From positions 64,001 through 128,000 of the forward strand of contig CBDCCZ010000060.1 of assembly GCA_965215005.1 (NCBI GenBank): DNA of 64,000 bases. Reading direction: 5' to 3'. The DNA is from Kofleriaceae bacterium. Lineage in GTDB: Bacteria > Myxococcota_A > Polyangia > Haliangiales > Haliangiaceae. Every line of letters starts with the position of its first letter. Positions within the stretch are counted from its first letter, which is position 1. This document shows positions 63,871 through 64,000 of this stretch, one piece after another. A model generated the notes under the pieces. The model ran no database searches, was not told the DNA's origin, and saw nothing but the letters and a program-made list of their open reading frames with translations. A program made the position numbers and the translations under genes.

Positions 63871-64000
63871 GGCGCGACTGTACCTTGGCGCGTTGACGCG
63901 ATGGCATCCTGGCCAAGGAGCGTCCTCCACCTATACTCGCCCGCGGTGTCACGAGTCGCTCTTCCCATCGACCCGCTTTTAGAAGAAATCGTCGCGAGCT

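Overview
GC-rich bacterial chromosome segment. Gene content and lipoprotein style suggest a myxobacterium (inference). 1-11.9 kb is an alternative complex III / caa3 oxidase respiratory operon (actB partial, actC, fused actDE, actF, an unknown membrane protein, sco, coxBACD). A 34-bp tandem repeat follows, then a complete IS66 (12294-14823) with recognisable terminal inverted repeats and a 9-bp target duplication, inserted into a REP-like GAA hairpin. The rest is mostly housekeeping and metabolic genes: S8 protease, adk, leuS, moaB, sixA, pdxH, sbcDC, egtB, acyl-CoA dehydrogenases, aguAB, cls, hsp20 and a frameshifted 5-oxoprolinase. The least explained features are: (i) a ~145-nt intergenic element in three copies plus fragments, with strand-specific compensatory hairpins; (ii) a 1100-aa exported coiled-coil/multi-TM/P-loop ATPase translationally coupled to an MscS channel; (iii) a Ddl-like ATP-grasp protein with degenerate catalytic motifs; (iv) a Tat-exported sulfite-oxidase-family Mo enzyme paired with a PepSY-TM membrane protein; (v) a CADD/TenA-like diiron protein paired with a DUF434 PIN-like protein. 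No rRNA, tRNA or CRISPR array was recognised. Several probable single-base indels suggest some sequencing error. Family assignments come from motif recognition only; no searches were run.
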